Assembly: GCA_035652395.1 (NCBI GenBank)
Contig: DASRDX010000009.1
Span: 355,739 to 419,738 of the forward strand
Source: Minisyncoccota bacterium
GTDB lineage: Bacteria > Patescibacteriota > Minisyncoccia > Phycocordibacterales > CAJBRS01
Length of the DNA stretch: 64,000 bases
Direction: 5' to 3'
The position numbers were made by a program, and so were the translations under genes. Every line of letters begins with the position of its first letter. The stretch's first letter is position 1. Shown piece by piece: positions 17,371 to 25,934 of the stretch. Below the pieces are notes generated by a model. The model had not been told where the DNA came from, searched no databases, and saw only the letters and a list, made by a program, of their open reading frames with translations.

Positions 17371-18800
17371 TGGATAGTTTTTGGGGAAAGTTGAAAGAAA
17401 AACGGTTGATGGCTATTTATCTAGTATTATTCTTTTCTTTCTTTCTGCGATTTCTGCTAATTTTGAAATCAAATCACCTCTGGTGGGATCAAGCCATTTA
17501 TATTGGCATGGGAAAATATTTATTCTCCGGCGGCCGGATCGGCTACTGGGAAAATTTTCGTGGACCTCTTTGGCCAATTCTTCAAGGAATAATTTGGAAG
17601 GCGGGTTTGGATAATATTTTCTGGGGAAAGTTTCTGGAAGTGATCTTTAGCAGTGCTTCGGTCTGGCTCGTTTATCTAATTGGAGAGAAAATCAAGAAAA
17701 ATGTCGGCTTAATTGCGGCCATCTTATTTGGTTTTACACCTTTTTATTTTTATCTATCGGCAGTGGGCTTAACAGATATTCCGTCCCTTTTTCTGGCTTT
17801 GCTAGCCGTTTATTTAGTAGCGGCCGAAAGACCATATTTAGCCGGTCTTTCGGCCGCCCTAGCCTTCCTGACTCGTTTTCCGGAAGGCTTAATTGTGGTG
17901 CCGCTCGGCTTGGCATATTTCCTCGAAATTTATCGAGGAAATATGCCAAGCCGAGCACCCGTCTTTCACAAGTTTCTTTACTTCCTCAACGGCTTCCTCC
18001 TTTTAGTCATTCCCTACTTTCTATTAAATTACCTTCTCTATAAGGAAGCTTTTCTGCCTCTCTTACGAGCCAACGCCGCCTTCCATGAATATCTCTTTAT
18101 TTATCCTCTTAATCCACTCTTTTACTTACTAAAAATCCCGCTTGAAAATCCGCTTTTGCTTTTTGCCCTTGTCACTCTCTTTTTGGTATTTTCGAAGCGT
18201 CGAGAAATCTCGGATAATCGTATCTTTCTTTTAAATATACTAATTCTAGTGATCATTGGCGGATACTACTTTTTCATTGCTCCGATAAAAGATCTCCGTT
18301 ATGCGATAGCTTTTCTACCCTATCTCGCTATTTTTGCCGCCTATAGTATTGAATGGATTTTTGAGAAGCTTCAATCGGCAAAACCAATAATGATCATTAT
18401 AGGTTTGATTTTAATTATGTTCATCTTGCGTCTAGACATTTCAACTTCGCCGTATATGAAATCCGGTTTAGCCAAAGATTCAGCAACCTATAATCTGTAC
18501 GATCATTTTAAAGACCGCAAAACAATCAACTCTTCCTCTCCCTTCCCTTTAGCCTATTCCGATATAAAAATAAATAAGATTTTTGAAACCTGGCCTCAAG
18601 CGGCGAAAGTTTACCTCAACCAAAAAGGCACCGGAAATTACCTGCTGATTAACAGTTGCGATTTAATTTGTCGACCGGAAGATCGGGTTTGCCAAGATGA
18701 AGAAAAAGAATTTCTGACTGAAGTAGATCGAAGCTCATTGAAACTTTACGATGCTACCGAGAATTCCTGCCATCTCTTAATCTATCAAATGAATCAATAA
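17370..18800 (+). CDS. Polytopic membrane glycosyltransferase of GT-C fold (PMT/ArnT-like, GT39/83-type).
   Basis: 476 aa with more than 10 predicted TM helices. N-terminal loop pattern is typical of GT-C enzymes. Start codon overlaps the upstream stop (ATGA). Confidence 0.55.
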   Translation: MDSFWGKLKEKRLMAIYLVLFFSFFLRFLLILKSNHLWWDQAIYIGMGKYLFSGGRIGYWENFRGPLWPILQGIIWKAGLDNIFWGKFLEVIFSSASVWLVYLIGEKIKKNVGLIAAILFGFTPFYFYLSAVGLTDIPSLFLALLAVYLVAAERPYLAGLSAALAFLTRFPEGLIVVPLGLAYFLEIYRGNMPSRAPVFHKFLYFLNGFLLLVIPYFLLNYLLYKEAFLPLLRANAAFHEYLFIYPLNPLFYLLKIPLENPLLLFALVTLFLVFSKRREISDNRIFLLNILILVIIGGYYFFIAPIKDLRYAIAFLPYLAIFAAYSIEWIFEKLQSAKPIMIIIGLILIMFILRLDISTSPYMKSGLAKDSATYNLYDHFKDRKTINSSSPFPLAYSDIKINKIFETWPQAAKVYLNQKGTGNYLLINSCDLICRPEDRVCQDEEKEFLTEVDRSSLKLYDATENSCHLLIYQMNQ

Positions 18801-18807
18801 AATTACC

Positions 18808-18842
18808 TGCGGTTTACTTTGAGCCGCAGGCCAGGATCGAAA
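18808..18842. repeat. Degenerate direct copy of the tRNA-Thr 3' end (T-loop to 3' end plus 14 nt of 3' flank). Possible att-site scar.
   Basis: gtttactttgagccgcaggccaggatcgaa, compared with gtttactttgagccggaggccaggatcgaa at 18942-18971. About 35 of 38 positions are identical. The upstream part of a tRNA is absent. Confidence 0.6.
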
Positions 18843-18951
18843 AACACTTCACATTGTCCGAACGTTCGAGTTTCGAGGCTTCTTACCATAGAATTACTGG
18901 CGACTTTATTGATCGCAAAACTCGCTGAGACATTACCCGCTGTTTACTTTG

Positions 18952-19024
18952 AGCCGGAGGCCAGGATCGAACTGGCGACCTATAGTTTACAAAACTATTG
19001 CTCTACCAACTGAGCTACTCCGGC
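18952..19024 (-). tRNA. tRNA-Thr (anticodon UGU).
   Basis: Manual cloverleaf: GCCGGAG-TA-GCTC-AGTTGGTA-GAGC-A-ATAGT-TTTGTAA-ACTAT-AGGTC-GCCAG-TTCGATC-CTGGC-CTCCGGC-T. Anticodon TGT. U33 and A37 are present. Confidence 0.85.
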
Positions 19025-19410
19025 AAATTGATATCCTCTGGACGGTTATTTTCCTTGTGTTCCTGAATATTCTTAAGATAAAACGAGGTTGATGATTTAT
19101 CTTCCGGCAAACTGCCTTCTCCTTTTACCATCTTCACCGGTTTGGTCAACTTACCGCGAAGACGACGATAAAGCCCCAGAAAAAATTCCTCGAGCTTTTC
19201 CAAGACGAAATGATAAATCATCCTAAGGGCTCGAAGATTCCAGTAACGAAAAAAATTACGTAGGCTATGATGCCCCTCCCTAACCAATTGATCGCCTCTT
19301 TGACTAAAGAAAAGATATTTCTTGCCGGTCTGAATCTCTACTACTTTAAAGCCAATCATGGCCACCAACACTAAAAAGGACAATGAGAAGATAGAGATTA
19401 AAAATATCAT
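19015..19410 (-). CDS. Hypothetical small membrane protein co-transcribed with tsf.
   Basis: N-terminal TM helix MIFLISIFSLSFLVLVAMIGF. Lies 4 nt downstream of tsf. Its 3' end overlaps the tRNA 5' end by 10 nt. Confidence 0.35.
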   Translation of the reverse strand: MIFLISIFSLSFLVLVAMIGFKVVEIQTGKKYLFFSQRGDQLVREGHHSLRNFFRYWNLRALRMIYHFVLEKLEEFFLGLYRRLRGKLTKPVKMVKGEGSLPEDKSSTSFYLKNIQEHKENNRPEDINLPE

Positions 19411-19413
19411 GAA

Positions 19414-20004
19414 TTATTTGTCCAAGACAGAAAAACGAGCGAAGCGAGCCACTTCGATTTTCTCCCCGAATTTTTGAATACCGGCTTCAATTAGCTCTCC
19501 GATAGTTTTCTCTCCGTCTTTAATGAAGGCTTGTTCAAGTAAAATGCGGTCGGCGAAATAAGAATTGAGTTTGCCTTCCATAATTTTCTGGTGCATTTCT
19601 TTTGGTTTGCCTTCTAATTCTTTCTGGAAAACTTCGGCTGCTTTGTCTCGGCTATCTTGAGTAATTTCATCCTTATGAATAAATTCCGGATTTAGGGCCG
19701 CAATATGCATGGCAATATCATAGGCCAGGGCTTTAAACTCCTCGTTCTTGGAGACGAAATCCGTTTCCGAAGAGAGTTCCACCATGGCTCCCACGTTGCC
19801 GTTGGAATGAATATAGGCGGCCACTGTACCTGCGCCGAGATTTCGGCTGGCTTTCTTGGCCGAAATCTCGGCGCCCTTTTTTCGAAGGATGATTAGAGCT
19901 TTTTCCATATCGCCATCTGCCTCTTCCAAGGCCTTGCGACACTGCATCACCGAAATACCGGTTTTCTCTCGTAATTCTTTTACTTGATCAGTTGAAATGG
20001 TCAT
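19414..20004 (-). CDS. tsf: Elongation factor Ts (short form).
   Basis: QVKELREKTGISVMQCRKALEEADGDMEKALIILRKKG (UBA-like N-terminus), then MVELSSETDFVSKNEEF. Confidence 0.9.
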   Translation of the reverse strand: MTISTDQVKELREKTGISVMQCRKALEEADGDMEKALIILRKKGAEISAKKASRNLGAGTVAAYIHSNGNVGAMVELSSETDFVSKNEEFKALAYDIAMHIAALNPEFIHKDEITQDSRDKAAEVFQKELEGKPKEMHQKIMEGKLNSYFADRILLEQAFIKDGEKTIGELIEAGIQKFGEKIEVARFARFSVLDK

Positions 20005-20065
20005 AATAATTTTAAAAGTTTATAAAGTTTAAGCGTTTGCCTTACAAACTTTACAACTTGTACCT

Positions 20066-20776
20066 TTATGAACTCTTAATCTGTTTCCCTTGCTTGTAGG
20101 CTTCCACTACCTTCTCAACAAAAAATTTAATGCTGGTGATGGAAGAGTCATTAGCCACAATCGGATAATCCACCTCCTTCAAATTACAATCAGAGCCGCA
20201 AAGAGCAATTACTGGAATATTTAATTTCTTGGCTTCCTCGACGGCAATTTTCTCCCGTCGGGAATCAACTACAAAGAGAGCGGTCGGTAACTGTTTTAAA
20301 AGAACTAAGCCGGAAAAAAGTTCTTGAAGATTATCAATCTGGCGATCAATCAATAAACGTTCCTTTTTAGTGTATTTCCCCAACTCTCCCTTTTCTCGCT
20401 GACTGATAAGGTCCTGCATTTTCTCTACCCGCTTCTTAATATTGTCAAAATTGGTAAAGGTTCCACCTACCCAGCGGCCGGCCACATAAGGCATTTCAAT
20501 GGAGTTAGCTCCTTTTTCAACTGCTTCCTTGGCCTCATTTTTACCCGAAACAAATAAAATGACTTTTCCTTCGGAGGCCAGTTTCTTCACAAATTCCAAG
20601 GCGCTATTTAAGAGTTCTTCGGTTTTTTCCAGATTGATTATTTCCACCTTATTTTTAGCCCCAAAAATATAAGAGCTGGTCGTCGGGTGGCGACGAGAAC
20701 GAGAATAGCCGAAATGCGCTCCAACGGAGAACATTTTCTCAATTAACTGGCTATTTTGTTCGGTTTTTTCTGCCAT
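20066..20776 (-). CDS. rpsB: 30S ribosomal protein S2.
   Basis: AHFGYSRSRRHPTTSSYIFG, ILFVSGKNEAKEAV, YVAGRWVGGTFTN. Confidence 0.9.
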   Translation of the reverse strand: MAEKTEQNSQLIEKMFSVGAHFGYSRSRRHPTTSSYIFGAKNKVEIINLEKTEELLNSALEFVKKLASEGKVILFVSGKNEAKEAVEKGANSIEMPYVAGRWVGGTFTNFDNIKKRVEKMQDLISQREKGELGKYTKKERLLIDRQIDNLQELFSGLVLLKQLPTALFVVDSRREKIAVEEAKKLNIPVIALCGSDCNLKEVDYPIVANDSSITSIKFFVEKVVEAYKQGKQIKSS

Positions 20777-20880
20777 AGGTTCATTAGTGTAGCAGATAAG
20801 CCCTATTGGTGCAAGATGGCTTATTTAAAGGGTTTTTGGACTTTCCTCAAGGACTAACCTTTAAGTGTTACAATTAAAAA

Positions 20881-21078
20881 ATGAAAACTTCTCGGAAAGG
20901 TGGTTTGGTTGGCCTTTTGATGACTTTGATCGTCACTTTAATTATTTTTGGCAGCTTGGAATTCAACCTTTATCACGATCAGCCGGGTGGAGTTAGTGGC
21001 CATTTTTGGAAAGAAATAAAGCAAATACCGAATTACTGGCATTCTCTCGATCTCTCTCCGCTAATATTTGGCAGTTAA
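20881..21078 (+). CDS. Possible small membrane protein. Low confidence.
   Basis: 65-aa ORF with one hydrophobic helix, in the rpsB/prfA intergenic region. No further support. Confidence 0.15.
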   Translation: MKTSRKGGLVGLLMTLIVTLIIFGSLEFNLYHDQPGGVSGHFWKEIKQIPNYWHSLDLSPLIFGS

Positions 21079-22037
21079 GAAACTGACTTACCTTTACTCA
21101 AGGCTTCCACGATCGGATCCAGACCTCCGGCAAAAATTTTTTCAATATTGTGCCAGTTTTCTTTAATGCGATGGTCGGTGACGCGATCCTGCAAGATATT
21201 ATAGGTGCGGATTTTTTCAGACCGATCAGCCGTACCGATCTGATCTGAACGTTCTTTGGCAAATTTTTTAAACTCTTCCTCTTCCTTCATCTGCTCGAGC
21301 TTAGCGGTGAGAATCTGCATAGCTTTTTCTCGATTAGCCTGCTGGCTGCGCTCGGCCGTCGCTTTTACATCAATGCCGGTTGGTTTGTGAATAAGTCTGA
21401 CCGCCGTTTCCACTTTGTTAACATTCTGTCCGCCTTTGCCACCAGCGCGTGAGAATTCCATTTCAATGTCGGTCGGGTTAATGACGATCTTAGTTTTTTT
21501 GCGCATCGGTAGAATGGCCACTGAAGCGGTTGAGGTATGAACTCGTCCCATCTTTTCCGTCTCCGGTACGCGTTGAATGCGATGGACTCCAGTCTCATAA
21601 CGAAGTTTCTTGTAAACGTCTTGGCCACGAATTTCAAAGGCTGCTTCTTTGAAGCCGCCGAGGGCGGCCGTCGACTCGCTGATCATACGACTCGACCAGC
21701 CCGAGGCGGCGGCATATTTCTGATACATCTCCGCGAGCTCCTCCGCAAAAAGAGCCGCTTCTTCCCCACCGGCGCCAGCGCGTACTTCTAAGATAATCTC
21801 GTTTGGGAATTCTTCTTCCGCTTCTTCCGCTTTCATAATATTTTCAATTTGATCTAGAACGGCCTTCTTCTGAATCTCCAGATTTTTTAGTTCTTCTTTG
21901 GCCAATTGAGCCATGCCGGCATCTCCTTCGGCCATTTTCTTAATTTCCCCTTCCTCCTTTTCCAGACGCTCAAATTCACCGGCTAAAAAGCCGGTTTTAT
22001 GGTTCTTTTTCAATTCCTCCAGTTTTTCTCTTTCCAT
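21075..22037 (-). CDS. prfA: Peptide chain release factor 1. The start is corrected to the internal ATG.
   Basis: GGQ motif [14 protein letters not shown]. PxT-type tripeptide [14 protein letters not shown]. The ORF-track N-terminal extension would run through the upstream terminator hairpin, so the Met at [11 protein letters not shown] is used. Confidence 0.8.
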   Translation of the reverse strand: MEREKLEELKKNHKTGFLAGEFERLEKEEGEIKKMAEGDAGMAQLAKEELKNLEIQKKAVLDQIENIMKAEEAEEEFPNEIILEVRAGAGGEEAALFAEELAEMYQKYAAASGWSSRMISESTAALGGFKEAAFEIRGQDVYKKLRYETGVHRIQRVPETEKMGRVHTSTASVAILPMRKKTKIVINPTDIEMEFSRAGGKGGQNVNKVETAVRLIHKPTGIDVKATAERSQQANREKAMQILTAKLEQMKEEEEFKKFAKERSDQIGTADRSEKIRTYNILQDRVTDHRIKENWHNIEKIFAGGLDPIVEALSKGKSVS

Positions 22038-22046
22038 ATTGTTTAA

Positions 22047-22076
22047 CAAAAGTGACGCGCCAAGCGCGTCACTTTT
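22047..22076 (-). terminator. Intrinsic terminator of rpmE, located in the prfA 5' leader.
   Basis: aaaagtgacgcgc-caa-gcgcgtcactttt, a perfect 13-bp stem. Confidence 0.55.
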
Positions 22077-22182
22077 GTCATCCTCGCAATGCGGGGATCC
22101 AGTCATTGATCCTGGACAACGCTTGAGCGCTTGCTGTTAACGATACCTGTTTTTCCCGTCCTTACGGGAATGACAGGCTTAG

Positions 22183-22437
22183 TTATTTCTTGCTTTTAGT
22201 TGCCTTGGCAGTCTTTTTGGAATCCGTCTTGGTCTTAGCTCCGCTCTGTCGGGCCTTGAATCTTTCCACGCGGCCGGCTGAGTCAAGAACTTTCTCGTTG
22301 CCGGTATAAAGCGGATGACAAGCGGCACAGATCTCCACTTCCATTTTCTCTTTAGTTGATCCAAGAGTATAAACCACCCCGCAGGCGCAGGTAATAGTGG
22401 CGTTCGGAAAATATTGTGGGTGAATGTCAGCTTTCAT
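22183..22437 (-). CDS. rpmE: 50S ribosomal protein L31 (Zn-ribbon form).
   Basis: MKADIHPQY...CACGVVY...CAACHPLYTG. Confidence 0.9.
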   Translation of the reverse strand: MKADIHPQYFPNATITCACGVVYTLGSTKEKMEVEICAACHPLYTGNEKVLDSAGRVERFKARQSGAKTKTDSKKTAKATKSKK

Positions 22438-22482
22438 GATTTTCGAATTATAACGGAAATCCCTCGAAAGTCAAAAATGAAA

Positions 22483-23859
22483 TTAGCTGCTGGCTAAAAT
22501 ATCTATATTTGACTGAATACTCTGAACTTTGGCCATTACTTGTGTCCCGTAAGAGCAGGAGGAGCCGCCGCTGCCATAATATTTACAGGCTGCCCGAATT
22601 TCGGCGCTATAACTTCCGCCAACCGCTCCGAGATCCGACAAATAAAGGGCAGAAGCCATAAAAGCATCTTGAGGATTCCAAGGATCCGCCACATTCTTGC
22701 CGACGGCCGCTGCGATCCTAGCCTGATTTAATTTCCAAGTTGAAGCGATAAATTGAGCCGGCCCCATAGCTCCGCCATAGCCGGAGTTGCCGATTGGGCA
22801 GGAAACTTTCGTGTGATAAGGATCCCTCCCTACGGCTGCTGTAATTTCCAAAAATGGCGCCACATCTCGATCAGGTTTCATTAAATTGCTGACTGTAGCT
22901 CCCGTAGAAATCTTTGTTCCCTGTCCCGTTGAATTAAGCAAATAACAGGCACCGACATTTGCTCCGAGGTTACTTTCTTGAGTGATTATGGCTAAAAGAA
23001 ATGCTGGATCGACTCCGGTAGCTTTTTGAGCTGCTTGAGCATAAATTAAAGCGTCACCGAATTTAATAGCCGGTACGTCTCGCAGGACAAAGAGCTGGTT
23101 TCTGATTTTGGCCGCTTGAGCCTGTTTGGCCGTAAGAACACTTTGATAATTTTGCTGCTCTGACTTATTTAAATTAAGCAATTGCTGTTTTTGGGTCTCT
23201 GCTACTTTGATCTTATTCTGCTCGGCTTGAATATCGGCGCGGGTGTCTACTTCTTGATCCTTCTTCTGGCTAAGGACCTGCTGTTGTTGTTCGTTTTGAT
23301 TTTTGTCCGCTTCTACTTGATCAACGTGTTGTTTCAAAGCAGAATTGAGAGTTGAAAGAGTGTCCATATCTAGAAGGAAACTGGAAAGATCCTGACGACT
23401 TAACATGGCTTCGGCCAGCGAATATGAATCGAGCTGATTAAGCTGACGAATAACATTAGCTAAAGACTGCTGCTCGGCGCTGATGTGCTGATTTAAATTA
23501 TCAATCACCTGCGTCTTGATAGTGATATCGTGACCGAGTTGATTAATGGCAATGGTGTGAGCCTGAATTTTTAATTGAGCCTGTTTGATTTGGGCATTTA
23601 AAGAGGCGATGTCGCTTGAGATACTGCGACCTTGGGCTTTAGTTTGGTCTAAAATCTTTTGCTGGGCGGCAATTTCAGATTCAATTTGAGCAAGCTGGGC
23701 TTCCAGAGCCGCTCGCTGCTCCGGTGTTAAATTAGGGTTAACGGCCTGCCCTGAATCGCTTTGGGCAGAGACTTGCCAATAAAAAGGAGAAAAGGAAACG
23801 GCTAAGAGAAGGACTAAAGCAATTAAAATTTGGAAAAAACTTTTAAAAATTTTTAACAT
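22483..23859 (-). CDS. Secreted or membrane-anchored coiled-coil protein with a C-terminal lysozyme-like (SLT-type lytic transglycosylase) domain. Architecture is PcsB/EnvC-like.
   Basis: Start set at MLKIFKSFFQILIALVLLL (signal/TM), because the longer ORF overlaps rplY by 100 nt. The coiled coil is about 250 aa and Gln/Ala/Leu-rich. The C-terminus has AIITQESNLG (catalytic Glu-Ser), GAMGPAQF and SALYLSDLG. Confidence 0.6.
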   Translation of the reverse strand: MLKIFKSFFQILIALVLLLAVSFSPFYWQVSAQSDSGQAVNPNLTPEQRAALEAQLAQIESEIAAQQKILDQTKAQGRSISSDIASLNAQIKQAQLKIQAHTIAINQLGHDITIKTQVIDNLNQHISAEQQSLANVIRQLNQLDSYSLAEAMLSRQDLSSFLLDMDTLSTLNSALKQHVDQVEADKNQNEQQQQVLSQKKDQEVDTRADIQAEQNKIKVAETQKQQLLNLNKSEQQNYQSVLTAKQAQAAKIRNQLFVLRDVPAIKFGDALIYAQAAQKATGVDPAFLLAIITQESNLGANVGACYLLNSTGQGTKISTGATVSNLMKPDRDVAPFLEITAAVGRDPYHTKVSCPIGNSGYGGAMGPAQFIASTWKLNQARIAAAVGKNVADPWNPQDAFMASALYLSDLGAVGGSYSAEIRAACKYYGSGGSSCSYGTQVMAKVQSIQSNIDILASS

Positions 23860-23893
23860 GAGAATGATCGAGCGAGGATTAACGAGCCGGCCA

Positions 23894-24565
23894 TTATTTG
23901 GCCGGCTCGCTTCCGGCGCCGGCGTCGCCGGCGCCCTCTTCCCCTTCTTCTTCTTTCTTACCTTTCTGTTCCACTTCAATAGATTCAAGATCAATTGGAG
24001 CGACCACTTCTTCTATTTCTTCCTTCACTTCCGAAACCAAGGCTACTACTTCTTCCGCATCCGTAACTAATTCCACTCCTTGCGGCAATTTCACATCTTT
24101 AGCCAGAACTCTCGATTCGAAATTAACCAATCCCGTAACATCTACTTCAATTTGGTGCGGTAGATCTTTCGGCATCGCCTCAATTTCCAATTCGTGCAAA
24201 ACTTTCACCAGCGTTCCCCCGAGTTCCTTAACCGCCGGAGGCAAGCCATTAAATTCAATCGGTACGCCCACTTTTACTTTCTTCCCCTTTTCCAAAATAT
24301 AAAAATCAGCATGTCGGACTCGGCCGGTTACCGGATCCAGATCAATGTCGTGAATTAGAGCTTCATGTTCGTCTCCCGCCCCTTTTAGAACCAAAACGGA
24401 TGATTCCCCAGCCTCTTTCCAAGCCTTCAGAAAGTCCGCTTCTTTGACGACAATTGGGGTTGATTCAGACTTACGGCCATAAAAAACGGCTGGAATCTTG
24501 CCGTTTTGGCGAATTTCAGCCAGTTTCGCCTTCTTTTCCCTTTTTTCCACATTTAAAGTCAGCAT
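23894..24565 (-). CDS. rplY: 50S ribosomal protein L25, Ctc form, with an acidic/Gly-rich C-terminal tail.
   Basis: MLTLNVEKREKKAKLAEIRQNGKIPAVFYG. Two-domain Ctc-type length of 223 aa. Confidence 0.8.
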   Translation of the reverse strand: MLTLNVEKREKKAKLAEIRQNGKIPAVFYGRKSESTPIVVKEADFLKAWKEAGESSVLVLKGAGDEHEALIHDIDLDPVTGRVRHADFYILEKGKKVKVGVPIEFNGLPPAVKELGGTLVKVLHELEIEAMPKDLPHQIEVDVTGLVNFESRVLAKDVKLPQGVELVTDAEEVVALVSEVKEEIEEVVAPIDLESIEVEQKGKKEEEGEEGAGDAGAGSEPAK

Positions 24566-24603
24566 GGAAATTCATTATAGCTGCTAAATTTGAAAAATCA
24601 ATT

Positions 24604-25086
24604 TTATTTAGGAGCTGAAAGGCAAACGATAGTAGAGTAAGGCGAAGCTCCTCTATATTGAGTATTGGCTGGATTCAACTGATAGGGCGTATATAAAGCA
24701 TAAACTATATAGGGAGCTAGGTCAGAATTATTAACAGCTTGGCTACCACAACTATATTTAAAAGACAAATAACCAGAATAAGTAGGGATTATCATTCTAT
24801 ATAAGGGGGAAGTGGGCACGCTAGATATGTAAGCGGGTACAAAGTTAGGCAAACTAACACTATCAATATTGCTCGTACTTACTGTGGGATAGGTTCCGTT
24901 ATCTGAATAATATTGTTCAACAGCATTTCTCAATTGAACCAAGTTCTGCAATACTTGCGAATCGCTAGTCTTGGCTCGGGCCGTTACAATATTAGTGAGA
25001 ATTACCGTTACCAAAAGACCAATGATCGAAAGTACTACCATTAGTTCAATTAGGGTAAAGCCTCTTTTCTGGTCACGGTTTTTCAT
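24604..25086 (-). CDS. Type IV pilin or pseudopilin (prepilin).
   Basis: Class III signal KRGFTLIELMVVLSIIGLL, with Gly-1, Phe+1 and Glu+5. Confidence 0.8.
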   Translation of the reverse strand: MKNRDQKRGFTLIELMVVLSIIGLLVTVILTNIVTARAKTSDSQVLQNLVQLRNAVEQYYSDNGTYPTVSTSNIDSVSLPNFVPAYISSVPTSPLYRMIIPTYSGYLSFKYSCGSQAVNNSDLAPYIVYALYTPYQLNPANTQYRGASPYSTIVCLSAPK

Positions 25087-25093
25087 CTAGATA

Positions 25094-25402
25094 TTATGGG
25101 CCTCTTAACTCCGGCGGTAATGTTTGTATTTCCTGAGGAGTCAACGGCCGACCGGAAGTCTTATGGGAGGTTGTTGAATGAATTACTAAATAAACGGTTA
25201 ATAAAAAGAGGATCCCAGCTATACTCAAAATAAAATGATTCGCGCCAGCTTCGGTCTGAACCCATCTCTTGCTAATGAGCCAATCAACCATGAAGGATTT
25301 TTTTCTTGGTAGATAAGAACGATTGAAAACCGGCCGATTAGTGCTTGATTCTTCAAATTCAACCTCTTCGTTCATATTTCTGATTATACCGGTCGGCCAC
25401 AA
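25094..25402 (-). CDS. Small single-TM protein paired with the pilin. Paralog of 25918..26148.
   Basis: Shares the N-terminal motif EVEFEESSTN (compare DVEFDEVRSTN in the paralog), followed by one TM helix. Confidence 0.45.
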   Translation of the reverse strand: MWPTGIIRNMNEEVEFEESSTNRPVFNRSYLPRKKSFMVDWLISKRWVQTEAGANHFILSIAGILFLLTVYLVIHSTTSHKTSGRPLTPQEIQTLPPELRGP

Positions 25403-25415
25403 CCTAGAATCAATA

Positions 25416-25934
25416 TTAACTGGTCAAATCGTAGACGTTGTCTGTGCCCCCAGGTCCGTTTGAAGCTCCGTTAAAGGTGCCGTTACCAAATGTACCCGCT
25501 GCACAAACCGGAGCGGAGCTGTCACTTCTACAATCTTTATCAGAATTCAATACCGCATTTGGGGCTTCTAACAGAGCACCTAAATGATAGAAGGTCACGG
25601 GTGCGCTTGATGGCAAAACCGCATAGCAGTACCAACCGGCCCCTCCGCAACCTGTCCCAAAAGTTTGATTTGAAGGATCTTTGGGAATAGACCCAATATA
25701 GGTTGGTGCTAGGCTCGATAGGGTTAATGGATAGGACTGATTATTACTCTCGTAATAGAGCTGTAGGGCAGTTCTTAATTGGCGAATATCCGAGATTCGC
25801 TGAGTATCTCGAGCCTTGGCCCGAGCGGTGGCAATATTTGACAGAACAATGGTGCTCAGAAGACCAATAATGGCGATCACTACCAGCAATTCAATTAAGG
25901 TAAAACCTTTTTTAAATTTATTTAGTCGGAGCAT
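25416..25934 (-). CDS. Type IV pilin (prepilin).
   Basis: KKGFTLIELLVVIAIIGLLSTIVL, followed by a Cys-containing C-terminal domain. Confidence 0.8.
   Translation of the reverse strand: MLRLNKFKKGFTLIELLVVIAIIGLLSTIVLSNIATARAKARDTQRISDIRQLRTALQLYYESNNQSYPLTLSSLAPTYIGSIPKDPSNQTFGTGCGGAGWYCYAVLPSSAPVTFYHLGALLEAPNAVLNSDKDCRSDSSAPVCAAGTFGNGTFNGASNGPGGTDNVYDLTS

Noticed and set aside
18806-18900. Second tRNA gene
   Set aside because: Only the T-loop, the 3' acceptor strand and the flank are present. No 5' acceptor strand, D-arm or anticodon arm can be formed.
18819-19013. 64-aa plus-strand ORF
   Set aside because: It lies across the tRNA-Thr gene and its 3' duplicate on the opposite strand, so it is a spurious ORF.
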